A stretch of 63,943 nt of DNA from an uncultured Clostridium sp. (GCA_945877035.1 CAMCQH010000006.1:1-63943), one strand, 5' to 3'; positions 1 through 10,870 are shown, counted from the stretch's first letter. The notes: a model not told the origin generated them from the sequence alone. Made by a program: numbers and translations.

Positions 1-2
1 AA

Positions 3-449
3 GAAGAATTAATAAAAGAAAAATCATTTTTATCAAAAGCAATGCTAATAGAGAAGGCAAAAGATAATGAAGAAATAGCTAGATATTTAGAAAAAATAAC
101 AACAGAGATAAATTCAAACGAAGAAATTTACACAGAAGAAATAAAGCAATTATTTACAGTAATGATAGACCAAATACTTAAGATAAAAATAGGGGAAGAA
201 AAAGCTGAAGAAATTAAGCAAAATATAAAAATGAGGAAAGGAGGAGAAAGAAAAATGATGGCAGTATTTGAAACAATTGAACAAGATAATAAGAGGATTT
301 ATAGGAGGGGCAAGAAAGAAGGAAGAGAAGAAGGTAGAAAAGAAGCAATATTATCATATATAAAAAATATGCTAAAAGAGAATTTACCAATAGACTTAAT
401 ATCAAAGATAACAGGAATATCACCACAAGAAATAAACAAAATGAAATAA
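3..449 (+). CDS. Rpn family / PD-(D/E)XK nuclease-like putative transposase, 5' truncated by window edge
   Basis: Frame is open from the window start; C-terminus EGREEGRKEA...KNMLKENLPIDLISKITGIS is typical of Rpn/YhgA-like proteins. Confidence 0.7.
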   Translation, partial: EELIKEKSFLSKAMLIEKAKDNEEIARYLEKITTEINSNEEIYTEEIKQLFTVMIDQILKIKIGEEKAEEIKQNIKMRKGGERKMMAVFETIEQDNKRIYRRGKKEGREEGRKEAILSYIKNMLKENLPIDLISKITGISPQEINKMK

Positions 450-533
450 AACTACAGATAAATATATTCTAATTATTCCAATAAAATAATTCAAAGCTAG
501 AGTATTAAAAATGATAAAAATATCCGAAATACT

Positions 534-755
534 CTAGCTTGTTTTTTTGTACGGTTTAGAAACATCAGTTATTCCTAATAAATAATCACAAGAAGTACCA
601 TAAAATTCAGCTAATTTTACTAGATTATATATATCAATAGTTATTTCACCAGACTCATATCTAGAATAAGTTTGTTGTGTACAACCCAGTATCTTTGCAA
701 TTTGAGATTGAGTTAAATCTCTATCTTCTCGTAAACTTCTAATTCTTAATTCCAT
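534..755 (-). CDS. XRE family HTH regulator (cassette 1)
   Basis: RIRSLREDRDLTQSQIAKILGCTQQTYSRYESG...YGTSCDYLLG; ATG at 755. Confidence 0.9.
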   Translation of the reverse strand: MELRIRSLREDRDLTQSQIAKILGCTQQTYSRYESGEITIDIYNLVKLAEFYGTSCDYLLGITDVSKPYKKTS

Positions 756-773
756 AAAATCACCATATAAATT

Positions 774-825
774 ATAAAATATTCTCATTACGTGTATTGA
801 CTTTTACACGTAATACGTGTAAAAT
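774..825. promoter_or_regulatory. Divergent promoter with palindromic operator(s), cassette 1
   Basis: TTGACT (797-802), 17 bp, TAAAAT (820-825); perfect IR TTTTACACGTA-A-TACGTGTAAAA at 802-824; degenerate second site at 780-796. Confidence 0.8.
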
Positions 826-859
826 AATTACAGAAAAAATTATAAAAGGAGTGATTCAA

Positions 860-1936
860 ATGATGAAACAAAGTAAAGGTATAACGTTAGTAGCGTTAGT
901 ACTAACGATTATAGTATTATTGATATTAGCTGGGATAGCAATACAAGCACTAACAAATCAAGGATTATTCTCACGAGCCAAAGAAGCAAAAGAAATAACA
1001 GAACAAAAAACAGCAGAGGAAAGTGAAATACTAAAAAATTATCTAAAAGAAATTGATTTACAACTGGGAAGATTATCAGGTAAAGCACAACCAGGAGACT
1101 ATGTAACATATACACCAGACCCAGCAAGTACAGATGCAATAATAACAGAACTTGAAGAATATTCAGGAAGTACAGCAAATACATCAAGTACATTAACACA
1201 AGAGATAGGATTAAAATGGAGAGTGCTAGATGTAGTAGATGGAAAAGTAAGATTAATAAGCGCGACACCAACAACACAAGTAACATTAGAAAGCTATAAT
1301 GGATATAATAATGCAGTATATTTATTAGATAAAACATGTAAAACATTGTATAGTAAAGCAGGATATTCAGAAAACGTGCAAAATCTAAAAATAGAAGATA
1401 TACAAAATAAAATGTCAACAGATTATACTACAATAAATACAAATTATGGACAAACATTTACACCAACAAATAAAAAATATCCAAGTATATTAGTTCAAGA
1501 AGCGGGACAAACAATAACAGGAATAACACAACCAGAAACAAGATTAGGATTAAGCAAACAAACAACACCAATAAACCAAACAGCAGTAAATACAGCATCA
1601 TCTTGGACAGTAAAATATACATATTGGGATAAATCAATGGCAGAAAGTGACTTTGGAACAGAACCAATATATTATAATTTGTTTATAAATAATGGAAGTA
1701 ATTACTACTCAAGATATTGGTTATCATCACGTTGCGTTGATGCTGACTCTAGACGTGCTTGCTTCGTTGTGCGTAATGTGGGCTCTGGTGGCGTGTTCGC
1801 TTACAGCTTGTATAGCTCTTATGACGACCCTGGCAGCTATAGGTATGCCCTTCGCCCTGTAGTAACTCTAAATTCTAATGTTCTAGTAAAATCAGGAGAT
1901 GGAACATCAGCAATACCATATGAAATAAGCTTATAG
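860..1936 (+). CDS. Prepilin-like protein with C-terminal CLec/DUF6273-like domain (cassette 1); probable DGR target
   Basis: AAAGGAG RBS; KG-ITLVALVLTIIVLLILAG class III signal; ends YWLSSR...ALRPVVTL. Confidence 0.8.
   Translation: MMKQSKGITLVALVLTIIVLLILAGIAIQALTNQGLFSRAKEAKEITEQKTAEESEILKNYLKEIDLQLGRLSGKAQPGDYVTYTPDPASTDAIITELEEYSGSTANTSSTLTQEIGLKWRVLDVVDGKVRLISATPTTQVTLESYNGYNNAVYLLDKTCKTLYSKAGYSENVQNLKIEDIQNKMSTDYTTINTNYGQTFTPTNKKYPSILVQEAGQTITGITQPETRLGLSKQTTPINQTAVNTASSWTVKYTYWDKSMAESDFGTEPIYYNLFINNGSNYYSRYWLSSRCVDADSRRACFVVRNVGSGGVFAYSLYSSYDDPGSYRYALRPVVTLNSNVLVKSGDGTSAIPYEISL
1715..1870 (+). other. Putative DGR variable region (VR)
   Basis: 1731-1860 is ~53% GC and ~12% A by hand count, inside an A-rich gene; NNC/NNT codons at positions compatible with AAY template codons. 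Confidence 0.7.
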
Positions 1937-2015
1937 ATAAAATAGAAAAAGTTTGTATAAAACCTAAAAAGCCGAATAAAAATTATAATAAATAATAATT
2001 TTTAGGAGGCTTTTT

Positions 2016-2672
2016 ATGCATTCAAAAACAACAAAAAACAAATACAAAACAAAAGAAAACAGAAAAAGAAAAACAATTATAATCATTGCCATAACACTAC
2101 TAATAATAATTTCATTAATATTTTTAATAAAAAATAACAATAAAACGGCTAAAACTTCAAAAATTGGGAACAATAGTACTAGTCAAGAAATTATAGAATA
2201 TATTTTAAATATTAGTTCATACGAAACAGAAATAAGCGTAGAAATAAAAAGCAATAAAAACAGCAACAAATACAAAATAAAACAAACATACATAGCAAGC
2301 AACAAAAACGAGCAAGAAGTAATAGAACCAAGCAATATACAAGGAGTAAAAATAATAAAAGAAGGAGCAAATCTAAAAATTGAAAACTCAAAATTAAGTC
2401 TAACAAAAATAATAGAAAACTATTCAGACATAACACAAAACAACTTAGACTTAATTAGTTTTATAGAAAGCTACAAAAATAATACAAACTCAAAATTCAA
2501 AGAAGAAAATAATCAAATAATAATGGAAACAACTGCAAAAACAGAAAATAATTATCAAAAATACGAAACATTATATATATCAAAAGAAACAGGAAAACCA
2601 ACAAAAATGGAAATAAAAGACACTAACCAAAATATAATAATCTACATAATATATAATGAGATAAATATATAA
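2016..2672 (+). CDS. Membrane-anchored LolA-like (YdcC/GerS-related) protein
   Basis: N-terminal TM helix then SYETEISVEIKSNKNSNKY...EVIEP; located upstream of ndoA. Confidence 0.5.
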   Translation: MHSKTTKNKYKTKENRKRKTIIIIAITLLIIISLIFLIKNNNKTAKTSKIGNNSTSQEIIEYILNISSYETEISVEIKSNKNSNKYKIKQTYIASNKNEQEVIEPSNIQGVKIIKEGANLKIENSKLSLTKIIENYSDITQNNLDLISFIESYKNNTNSKFKEENNQIIMETTAKTENNYQKYETLYISKETGKPTKMEIKDTNQNIIIYIIYNEINI

Positions 2673-2736
2673 TTTATCTTCAAACTAATATGAAAAAATA
2701 TATAATTGACACATACCAATATTAGGAGTGAAGAAT

Positions 2737-3087
2737 ATGACAATAAAAAGAGGAGATATGTTTTATGCAGATTTAAGCCCAGTTGTAGGATCAGAACAAG
2801 GAGGAATAAGACCAGTTTTGATAATACAAAATGATATGGGAAATAAATATAGCCCAACTGTAATTGCAGCTGCTATAACATCACAAACAAATAAAACAAA
2901 ACTACCAACACACATAGAAATAGATTCAGAAAAATGTGGACTAAAAAATAATTCTGTAGTATTAGCAGAGCAGATTAGAACAATAGATAAAAGTAGATTA
3001 AAAGAAAAAATAGGACATATAGAAGATGAACAGATTATAAATAAAATAAATAATGCACTTGGGGTAAGTTTTGGTTTAGAAGAATAA
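2737..3087 (+). CDS. ndoA: MazF/PemK family endoribonuclease toxin
   Basis: [30 protein letters not shown]...[11 protein letters not shown]. Confidence 0.92.
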   Translation: MTIKRGDMFYADLSPVVGSEQGGIRPVLIIQNDMGNKYSPTVIAAAITSQTNKTKLPTHIEIDSEKCGLKNNSVVLAEQIRTIDKSRLKEKIGHIEDEQIINKINNALGVSFGLEE

Positions 3088-3156
3088 ACCAATGGGACGT
3101 TATAAGATGGTTGAAAAATCAACCATCTTAACAACGTCCCCATGGTTAAAAAACTT

Positions 3157-4143
3157 TTAAACCTTCATTTTTTTCATAGTTTTAACTTCATCAAACAATT
3201 TATCAATTTGTTCAGATTTTGCTTTAACAATATTTCTATAAGATTCCAATACTTCATTATAATTATCAAGCGTTTCTTGCCCAGTAAGCAAACATTTCAT
3301 ACCCTCTAAATAATAATTTTTCTTATCATCACTATTTGCAGCAAGCCTTTTATTATCATATTTCTCAATTTCCTCAAGCCTTTTAACTTCAGCTTTTAAC
3401 TCTTTCAAATAATCCATAATACAAGAAATTTCATATTCAGTATCATCAATAATAACCTTTATTAAAGCTTTAACCACAATGGGATTATTCTTTCCCAATG
3501 TAGGAATTTTAACATTTCCAGAAGGATTATGCTCAGGCTTAGTTTCTTCTATTAAAACTTTTACAGCATCGGAATTTTTAATAGGTTTAGTTTCATCTAT
3601 TAAAATATTAAGAGTATCAACAATACCAATATGAGTTTTATATTGTCTTTTACTAACAATAGCATCATACTCATCAGCAACACGAATAATTTGACCTTCA
3701 TAAGGAATATCATCTTTAGTCAAACCATTAGGATAACCACTGCCATTCAATGCCTCATGATGATAAATAGTACCAGCAGCATAAGGTCTTAATTTTGGGT
3801 CATTCATACATATTTTATAACCCAGTGTAGTATGAGTTTTCATTATTTTGTATTCTTCATCAGTTAAAGCTGACTGCTTTTGCAAAATACTAGGAGGTAT
3901 AAACTGCTTCCCAATATCATGTAAATAAGCACAAATAGTACAATATTCAGTAAAACTTTTTGAACAATGTAAATATTGACAAATTCTACAAACAATACTT
4001 GCAACATTTTCACAATGTTTTCTTGTAAATACATCTAAACTTCCTAAAATATTTAATTGATATTGCATATTTTGGTCTAAATTATATGATTTTAAACTTG
4101 TTCTATCATAAAAATCAAAAATTTCTTTTGGCATTTTAGTCAC
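3157..4143 (-). CDS. HD-GYP domain phosphohydrolase
   Basis: LHDIGK, HHEALNGSGYPNGL, IIRVADEYDA motifs. Confidence 0.85.
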   Translation of the reverse strand: MTKMPKEIFDFYDRTSLKSYNLDQNMQYQLNILGSLDVFTRKHCENVASIVCRICQYLHCSKSFTEYCTICAYLHDIGKQFIPPSILQKQSALTDEEYKIMKTHTTLGYKICMNDPKLRPYAAGTIYHHEALNGSGYPNGLTKDDIPYEGQIIRVADEYDAIVSKRQYKTHIGIVDTLNILIDETKPIKNSDAVKVLIEETKPEHNPSGNVKIPTLGKNNPIVVKALIKVIIDDTEYEISCIMDYLKELKAEVKRLEEIEKYDNKRLAANSDDKKNYYLEGMKCLLTGQETLDNYNEVLESYRNIVKAKSEQIDKLFDEVKTMKKMKV

Positions 4144-4312
4144 CTTTTCTTATAATACTTTAAAAATATTGTAACAGAAAAAAATTTTTTATTCAAGTAT
4201 AATAAGTAAACAAGAAAAAATATTGTAATATTTGGAAAAATATGGTTTAATATATAAGAGGTTTATAGATATAACCAATAAAAATCTAAATAATATTTAA
4301 TAGGGTGAAAAA

Positions 4313-5308
4313 ATGTTTAAAGATAGAGAAACATATAAAGCATATTTAGATAAACAAGAAATTAATAACTCAGATTTAGATGAATATAATTATTTTCAAC
4401 ATTCAAAAAATGGTGAGATAATTATAAAAAATAGAGATTATAATATTTCAGGAATCAATGTAGAAGATTATACAAATTGCATAAAATGGATTTTGCTAAA
4501 AGATAATAGAACAATGGCTTTACTAAAAAGACCATTTGGAGATGTATATAGAAATTTAAATAAAGGGCAATATGATATTTCACTATACAATAATATTTTA
4601 TTACCACAAATAGCGAAGCAATTTCAAAATGAATCAGCTATGTATTATATAGTACAGGGAAATGAACTAAGTAACAATATGAGGCATTTACTTACAATAG
4701 ATTTCAAAAGTGAAAACGAAGAACTAATTCATGGAGAAGAAATATTAGAACAAGCTGGTGGAAATATAAATGAATTAAATATACAAAATATAGTTGCTTC
4801 TATAAAAAAGTATTTAACAAATGCAAAAATGAAAAGTCAAGATATTACTGCAATAAAAAGAGAATTTATAAAGCAATCATTTTTTAATAAATTTGTTAAA
4901 CAGTCAGATGAAAATAATCATAATTGGGGAATATTGATTAATAGAGAAGACAATAGAGCAAGAATAGCTCCAATTTATGACTTAGACTGTTGTTGTGATG
5001 TAGGAACTTTAAGAAAACATTTTAGAACAAACCAAGATGGTAGTACATGCAGCATAAGTAGTTTTATTAAAGACTTTGGAAAATATGAATGGTTTAATAC
5101 ATATATAAAAGAAGTTTTGGAAGATTTTGATATAAACAAAGCTATTAAAACTTCAAAGAATGCTACAGGAATTGATATTCCAGAAAACATACAAGAACAT
5201 TATAAAAACTTTTTTGGCGAAAGATATTATGAATTAAAAAGTGCATATCAAGAATATATGATGGAACAACAAAATAAACAGCACGAAGAAGAAAAAGCAG
5301 AGAGATAA
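4313..5308 (+). CDS. HipA-like kinase domain protein
   Basis: SDENNHNWGI...RIAPIYD resembles the HipA C-terminal catalytic motifs. Confidence 0.55.
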   Translation: MFKDRETYKAYLDKQEINNSDLDEYNYFQHSKNGEIIIKNRDYNISGINVEDYTNCIKWILLKDNRTMALLKRPFGDVYRNLNKGQYDISLYNNILLPQIAKQFQNESAMYYIVQGNELSNNMRHLLTIDFKSENEELIHGEEILEQAGGNINELNIQNIVASIKKYLTNAKMKSQDITAIKREFIKQSFFNKFVKQSDENNHNWGILINREDNRARIAPIYDLDCCCDVGTLRKHFRTNQDGSTCSISSFIKDFGKYEWFNTYIKEVLEDFDINKAIKTSKNATGIDIPENIQEHYKNFFGERYYELKSAYQEYMMEQQNKQHEEEKAER

Positions 5309-5366
5309 TTGAAAAATGCTGAAAAATGTGATATTATATTACATAAATTAAATTGGAGGAAAAACA

Positions 5367-7118
5367 ATGTACAGAACAAAAACATGTGGAGAATTAAACA
5401 TATCAAATGTAAATGAAGAAGTAGAATTAGCAGGATGGATACAAAAAATAAGAAACTTAGGAGCAATGATATTTATAGATTTAAGAGATCAATTTGGAAT
5501 TACACAAATAGTTATAAATAATGAAGAACTACAAAAACAAGCAAAAGAGCTTACAACAGAAAGTTGTATCCACATTTCCGGAAAAGTTGTGGAAAGAAGT
5601 AATAAAAATTCAAAAATTCCGACAGGAGAAATCGAAGTAATTGCAAATGAAATTGAAGTACTAGGAAAATGTAAAAATGTACTTCCATTTGAAATAAATA
5701 CAGATCAAGAAGTAAGAGAAGATCTAAGACTAGAATATAGATTTTTAGACTTAAGAAATGAAAAACTACACAACAATATTTTGCTTCGTTCAAAAATCTT
5801 AAAAACATTAAGAGACAAAATGGATGAGCTAGGATTTGCCGAAATTCAAACACCAATTTTAGCAAACTCATCACCAGAGGGAGCAAGAGACTATTTAGTA
5901 CCAAGTAGATTAAATCCAGGAGAATTTTACGCCTTACCACAAGCACCACAACAATTTAAACAATTATTAATGGTATCTGGATTTGATAAATACTTCCAAA
6001 TAGCACCATGCTTTAGAGATGAAGACCCTAGAGCAGATAGAGCACCAGGAGAATTTTATCAATTAGACTTTGAAATGAGTTTTGCAACACAAGAAGATGT
6101 ATTCAAAGTAATTGAAGAAGTAGTACCATATACATTTAAAAAATTCACAAATTGGAAAGTTGATGAAGGACCATTCGTACGTATTCCATATAAAGAAGCA
6201 ATGGAAAAATACGGAATAGATAAACCAGATTTAAGAAATCCATTAATAATTCAAGATGTAACAAAATGTTTTGAAAATTCAGAATTTAAAGCATTTGAAG
6301 GAAAAACAATAAAAGCAATAGTAGTACCAAATGGGGCAGAGCAAGGAAGAAAATTCTTTGATAAAATGACAGAATTTGCTACATCAGATGAAGTAGGAGC
6401 AAAAGGACTAGCTTGGACAAAATATGAAGAATCAGGAGAAGTTACAGGAGGAATTGCAAAATTCATTACAGAAGAAATAAAAGAACAACTAGAAAATGAA
6501 TTTGGAATGACTAAAAATTCAAGTGTATTTTTCATAGCAGATGAATTAAAAACAGCACAAAAAATAGCAGGGCTTGTAAGAATTGAATTAGGAAAGAGAT
6601 TAGAATTATTAGAAAAAGATGTATATAGATTTTGCTGGATAGTAGACTTCCCAATGTATGAGTTATCTGATGAAGGAACAATAGACTTTAACCATAATCC
6701 ATTCTCAATGCCACAAGGTGGTATGGAAGCACTAGAAAGCCAAGATCCATTAGACATATTAGCATATCAATATGATTTAGTATGTAATGGATATGAAATG
6801 GCATCAGGAGCAGTAAGAAATCATAATCCAGAAATAATGGTAAAAGCATTTGAAATTGCAGGATACAAAGAAGAAGATGTAAAAAATAGATTTGGAGCAT
6901 TATATAATGCATTCCAATATGGAACACCACCACATGCAGGAGCTGCACCCGGTGTAGATAGAATGGTAATGTTAATAGAAGATTCTCAAAATATAAGAGA
7001 AGTTATAGCATTTCCTAAAAATAAAAGAGCAAGAGACCTTCTTATGAGAGCGCCATCAGTTGTATCTGAACAACAATTAAAAGATGTACATATAAAATTA
7101 GATTTGGAGGAAAAATAA
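5367..7118 (+). CDS. aspS: Aspartate--tRNA ligase
   Basis: MYRTKTCGEL, ALPQAPQQFKQLLMVSGFDKYFQIAPCFRDED, PPHAG. Confidence 0.97.
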   Translation: MYRTKTCGELNISNVNEEVELAGWIQKIRNLGAMIFIDLRDQFGITQIVINNEELQKQAKELTTESCIHISGKVVERSNKNSKIPTGEIEVIANEIEVLGKCKNVLPFEINTDQEVREDLRLEYRFLDLRNEKLHNNILLRSKILKTLRDKMDELGFAEIQTPILANSSPEGARDYLVPSRLNPGEFYALPQAPQQFKQLLMVSGFDKYFQIAPCFRDEDPRADRAPGEFYQLDFEMSFATQEDVFKVIEEVVPYTFKKFTNWKVDEGPFVRIPYKEAMEKYGIDKPDLRNPLIIQDVTKCFENSEFKAFEGKTIKAIVVPNGAEQGRKFFDKMTEFATSDEVGAKGLAWTKYEESGEVTGGIAKFITEEIKEQLENEFGMTKNSSVFFIADELKTAQKIAGLVRIELGKRLELLEKDVYRFCWIVDFPMYELSDEGTIDFNHNPFSMPQGGMEALESQDPLDILAYQYDLVCNGYEMASGAVRNHNPEIMVKAFEIAGYKEEDVKNRFGALYNAFQYGTPPHAGAAPGVDRMVMLIEDSQNIREVIAFPKNKRARDLLMRAPSVVSEQQLKDVHIKLDLEEK

Positions 7119-7370
7119 ATGGAATATACATATGAACCCAAAGGCGTATGCTCATACGAAATGGTAATAAATATAGATGGAGACACAATAAAAAAAGTAA
7201 CCATCAAAGGTGGATGTGCAGGAAACACAGTAGGAGTATCAAGACTAGTCGAAGGAATGCAAATAGATGAAGCAATAAAAAGACTAAAAGGAATACCATG
7301 TGGAATGAGAGGAACATCATGCCCAGACCAATTAGCAAGAGCATTAGAAGAAATAAAAAATAAAAGATAA
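7119..7370 (+). CDS. TIGR03905-like TSCPD domain protein
   Basis: YEPKGVCS...GGCAGN...GIPCGMRGTSCPDQLA. Confidence 0.85.
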   Translation: MEYTYEPKGVCSYEMVINIDGDTIKKVTIKGGCAGNTVGVSRLVEGMQIDEAIKRLKGIPCGMRGTSCPDQLARALEEIKNKR

Positions 7371-7427
7371 AAATTAAATCATAAGTGTAAAAAAGTTGTC
7401 AAAAAGGGGCGGCCCTTTTGACAACTT

Positions 7428-7802
7428 TTAAGCTGAAAGAATAAAATCCTTATTAGCCAATAATAATTTTTTAATTAATTCAATTTGAGACTTAGACAAA
7501 TGAGAATTTTCATCTAAAGAATACAATTTGCCAATTGACATTGCAATATCTAGATCATAGTTCCCATCAGAAGTCTGAACATTTTTATCATCTGACAAAC
7601 CAAGTAAATAATCTAAAGAAATATTAAATACAGCAGCAATTTTTGTTACAACATCAAGACGAGGTAAACGTTCACAAGTCAAATACCTGCAAATTGTCAC
7701 ATTTGAAGTACCAATTTTCTTAGCTAATTGAGTTTGTGTCATATTATTTTCATCCAATAAAACAGTTAACCTATAACTAAACTTTTCTATATCGAAACTC
7801 AT
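7428..7802 (-). CDS. XRE family HTH regulator
   Basis: MTQTQLAKKIGTSNVTICRYL...SLDYLLG; upstream IR ATTATAGAACT/AGTTCTATAAT at 7823-7854. Confidence 0.88.
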   Translation of the reverse strand: MSFDIEKFSYRLTVLLDENNMTQTQLAKKIGTSNVTICRYLTCERLPRLDVVTKIAAVFNISLDYLLGLSDDKNVQTSDGNYDLDIAMSIGKLYSLDENSHLSKSQIELIKKLLLANKDFILSA

Positions 7803-7943
7803 AGAAACCTCCTATATCAACTATTATAGAACTATAACTCATAAGTTCTATAATATTTACCAAAGTTATAAAAAATAATAATAATTAACCAAATGGAATA
7901 GGATAGAAAAACAATAACAAACATTACATAAAAAGGCAACAAA

Positions 7944-8741
7944 CTAATGGTTTACAAAATCATAGAAGTTCCTAAACTCATAACCTTGAGACTTTAAATA
8001 AGAAATTGAATCTTTCAAAACATCATAAGTTTTATTAACATCAGCAGTGTCATGCATTAAAATAATTAAAGTTCCTTTATTTTTTGCAGTTTTTTTCAAA
8101 TTATTTAGTAATTGAGCATTAGAATATTTTCTTTCAGAATCACGATTAAGACAATTCCAGTCAACATACACATAATCCATTTCATGCAAAACAGTAAGAG
8201 CATCTTTTTTTTGATTAGTATATATGTGTGACATATAACCATTTGGAAATCTAAAAATATGAGAGCAATAATTTTGGGCACCAATAGCTTTAGAGATTTC
8301 CGCATCTGTAGAAACAATTTCATTTTTAAAGCCTTCCATATCTTTATAAAGTAGTTTATTATTATGATTATATCCATGATTAGCAATATAATGCCCTTCA
8401 TCATATTCTCTTTTAACCAATTCAGGATTTTCTTTTACATGTTTTCCAACAACAAAAAAAGTAGCTTTAACATCCTCCTCTTTTAAGATATCCAAAATTT
8501 TACCAGTAGCTTTAGTTGTTGGACCGTCATCAAATGTAAGATATGCCTTCTTTTCATCAGATTTTGCTATATCATTTAATGTAGTTTCTACATCTATATT
8601 AAAAAAACAACTTTTATTTAATTCAACCGCAAAAGAAGGCGAATGCCTCATAAAAAAGATACATGTAAGGATTAATAAAACAATAAAAATACTAAAAAAC
8701 AAATACAAAAAATTTTTCTTTTTGATAAATAAAATTTTCAT
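7944..8741 (-). CDS. Polysaccharide deacetylase (NodB/CE4)
   Basis: YLTFDDGP, ATFFVVG, NHGYNH, FRFP, LMHD. Confidence 0.9.
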   Translation of the reverse strand: MKILFIKKKNFLYLFFSIFIVLLILTCIFFMRHSPSFAVELNKSCFFNIDVETTLNDIAKSDEKKAYLTFDDGPTTKATGKILDILKEEDVKATFFVVGKHVKENPELVKREYDEGHYIANHGYNHNNKLLYKDMEGFKNEIVSTDAEISKAIGAQNYCSHIFRFPNGYMSHIYTNQKKDALTVLHEMDYVYVDWNCLNRDSERKYSNAQLLNNLKKTAKNKGTLIILMHDTADVNKTYDVLKDSISYLKSQGYEFRNFYDFVNH

Positions 8742-8822
8742 TTAAAAACCCCCATAATAATATATATGAGGGAACAAAAAAGTTACTACTCTTAAATCAA
8801 AAGAATAGTAACACATAATATA

Positions 8823-9509
8823 TTATTTAATTGATAATGATTCATCCTTAGTGATATAACCATATTCAAGCATTGTATTCAAAACATGATATTGACGTTT
8901 TTTTGCCAAATCAGGATTAACAGTCGGAGCATAAACAGAAGGAGCATTTGGAACACCTGCAAGCATAGAAGACTCATCTAAATTTAAATCTTTTGGAGAT
9001 TTATTATAATAACCATAGCTTGCATCATAAATTCCGTAATATCCATCACCGAAATATGCAGTATTTACATACAATTCGAAAATCTCTTTTTTAGTATAAT
9101 TTTTTTCTAAATCATAAGCCGCAAAAATTTCACCAACTTTTCTAACCCAAGACTGTTCTTGAGAAAAAACAATATTTTTAGCAACTTGCTGGGTTATTGT
9201 ACTTCCACCTTCTTGCAGCTCACCATTTTTTATGTTTGTAAAAATAGCTCTTGCAATTGCAATAAAATCAACAGGTCCGTGGTCATAAAATCTATGGTCT
9301 TCAACACTTATTACTGCATTTCTATAATATGATGACATATCTTCAAATTTTACAAAATTTTCTTTACTTGTAATTTCGTCAACTCTTGTAAGTAAAGGCT
9401 TTTCTTTTAAAGCTTTTGAGTAATAAGACTGCCCTATTAAAAATACAATTGAACAAGCAACTACTATCAGTAAAATAATTGCAATAATTAATTTTTTTAT
9501 AAATTTCAT
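8823..9509 (-). CDS. Monofunctional peptidoglycan transglycosylase (GT51)
   Basis: EDHRFYDH, GGSTITQQVAKN, YVNTAYFG. Confidence 0.9.
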   Translation of the reverse strand: MKFIKKLIIAIILLIVVACSIVFLIGQSYYSKALKEKPLLTRVDEITSKENFVKFEDMSSYYRNAVISVEDHRFYDHGPVDFIAIARAIFTNIKNGELQEGGSTITQQVAKNIVFSQEQSWVRKVGEIFAAYDLEKNYTKKEIFELYVNTAYFGDGYYGIYDASYGYYNKSPKDLNLDESSMLAGVPNAPSVYAPTVNPDLAKKRQYHVLNTMLEYGYITKDESLSIK

Positions 9510-9668
9510 ATTTTATTACCTTTCATTTGTAATTTAAGTATATTATACAATAAATTATAAAAAAAGCAAACATTTTTATTGAATATAACTGGGATGTTGT
9601 GATATAATACAAAACAATAAAATATAATTATATTTTATTTGTTATTAATACCTAAATGAGGTGATATT

Positions 9669-10505
9669 ATGATTAAATTTACAAAAATGCATGGGCTAGG
9701 GAATGATTATGTCTATATTGATGCCATCAATCAAAATATAGAAAACGAATCTTCTCTAGCTCAATTTGTTAGCAACAGACATTTTGGAATTGGCTCAGAC
9801 GGACTAATTCTAATATGTAAAAGTGATGTTGCAGACTTTAAAATGAGGATGTTTAATTCTGACGGAAGTGAAGCTGAAATGTGCGGAAATGGAATTAGAT
9901 GTGTTGGAAAATTTGTATATGATAAAGGACTTACAAACAAAACAACAGTCAAAATTGAAACATTAGCAGGAATTAAAACATTAATTTTAAACACAAAAGA
10001 AGGCCAAGTAGAAACAGCAAGAGTTGACATGGGAGAGCCTATTTTAGAGGCTGAAAAAATACCAGTTATATCAAATGAAAATCCTGTAAAAAATTTAAAT
10101 TTAACTGCAAAAGGAGAAAAATTTAAATTTACATGTGTATCAATGGGAAATCCACATGCAATTACAATTGTTGATAATACTGAAAATTTTGATGTAGAAA
10201 AATACGGAAAAGTTTTAGAAGTTGATAAAGCATTTCCTAAAAAAGCTAATATTGAATTTGCTCAAATAGTAGACAAACACAACATAAAAATGAGAGTTTG
10301 GGAAAGAGGAGCAGGCGAAACATTAGCTTGTGGTACAGGAGCATGTGCAACAGCAGTTGCTTGCCACATAAATGGACTGACTGAAAGAAAAGTAAATATA
10401 GAATTATTAGGTGGTAATTTAGAAATAGAATGGAATAAAGATGATAACCATGTATATATGACAGGACCGGCAACAACGGTATTTGAAGGAACATTTGAAA
10501 TATAG
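9669..10505 (+). CDS. dapF: Diaminopimelate epimerase
   Basis: [27 protein letters not shown]. Confidence 0.96.
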   Translation: MIKFTKMHGLGNDYVYIDAINQNIENESSLAQFVSNRHFGIGSDGLILICKSDVADFKMRMFNSDGSEAEMCGNGIRCVGKFVYDKGLTNKTTVKIETLAGIKTLILNTKEGQVETARVDMGEPILEAEKIPVISNENPVKNLNLTAKGEKFKFTCVSMGNPHAITIVDNTENFDVEKYGKVLEVDKAFPKKANIEFAQIVDKHNIKMRVWERGAGETLACGTGACATAVACHINGLTERKVNIELLGGNLEIEWNKDDNHVYMTGPATTVFEGTFEI

Positions 10506-10543
10506 AAAAGCCCCACCTCAAAAAAACAAGGTGGGGAAAAAAG

Positions 10544-10753
10544 TTAGGCGATCATTTCTACTAAAAGCGGCATCAAAGCTGATACCGAATCGGTTGAAAG
10601 ATTACCAAGCTTTTCTGAAAGTGTAGCATCATTATAGTATAACTCTCCCAAGTCATTGTTTACAATGCTTTGACAAATACTCATTAAACTACACTTCTTA
10701 CGAATTTCTAAAGCCAAATCAAGCATCCTAGAAAACCTCCTATTAGAATACAT
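10544..10753 (-). CDS. Hypothetical protein
   Basis: 69-aa ORF between dapF terminator and XRE gene; no recognisable motif. Confidence 0.3.
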   Translation of the reverse strand: MYSNRRFSRMLDLALEIRKKCSLMSICQSIVNNDLGELYYNDATLSEKLGNLSTDSVSALMPLLVEMIA

Positions 10754-10831
10754 ACTTTAATTATAATACAATTTACATAAAAAGTCAAAAGAATATGGAA
10801 AATATTGGTATAAACTTTGAGAGGATTAAAA

Positions 10832-10870
10832 AAAATCTGTCAATAGGGACGTCCCTTTTTGACAGATTTT
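10832..10870. terminator. REP-like hairpin / terminator (family also at 7391-7429, 17176-17214, 54751-54790, 62027-62060, 3088-3147)
   Basis: aaaatctgtcaa-tagggacgtcccttt-ttgacagatttt; shared GTCAAAAGGGACG..CCCTTTTTGAC-like core. Confidence 0.7.
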
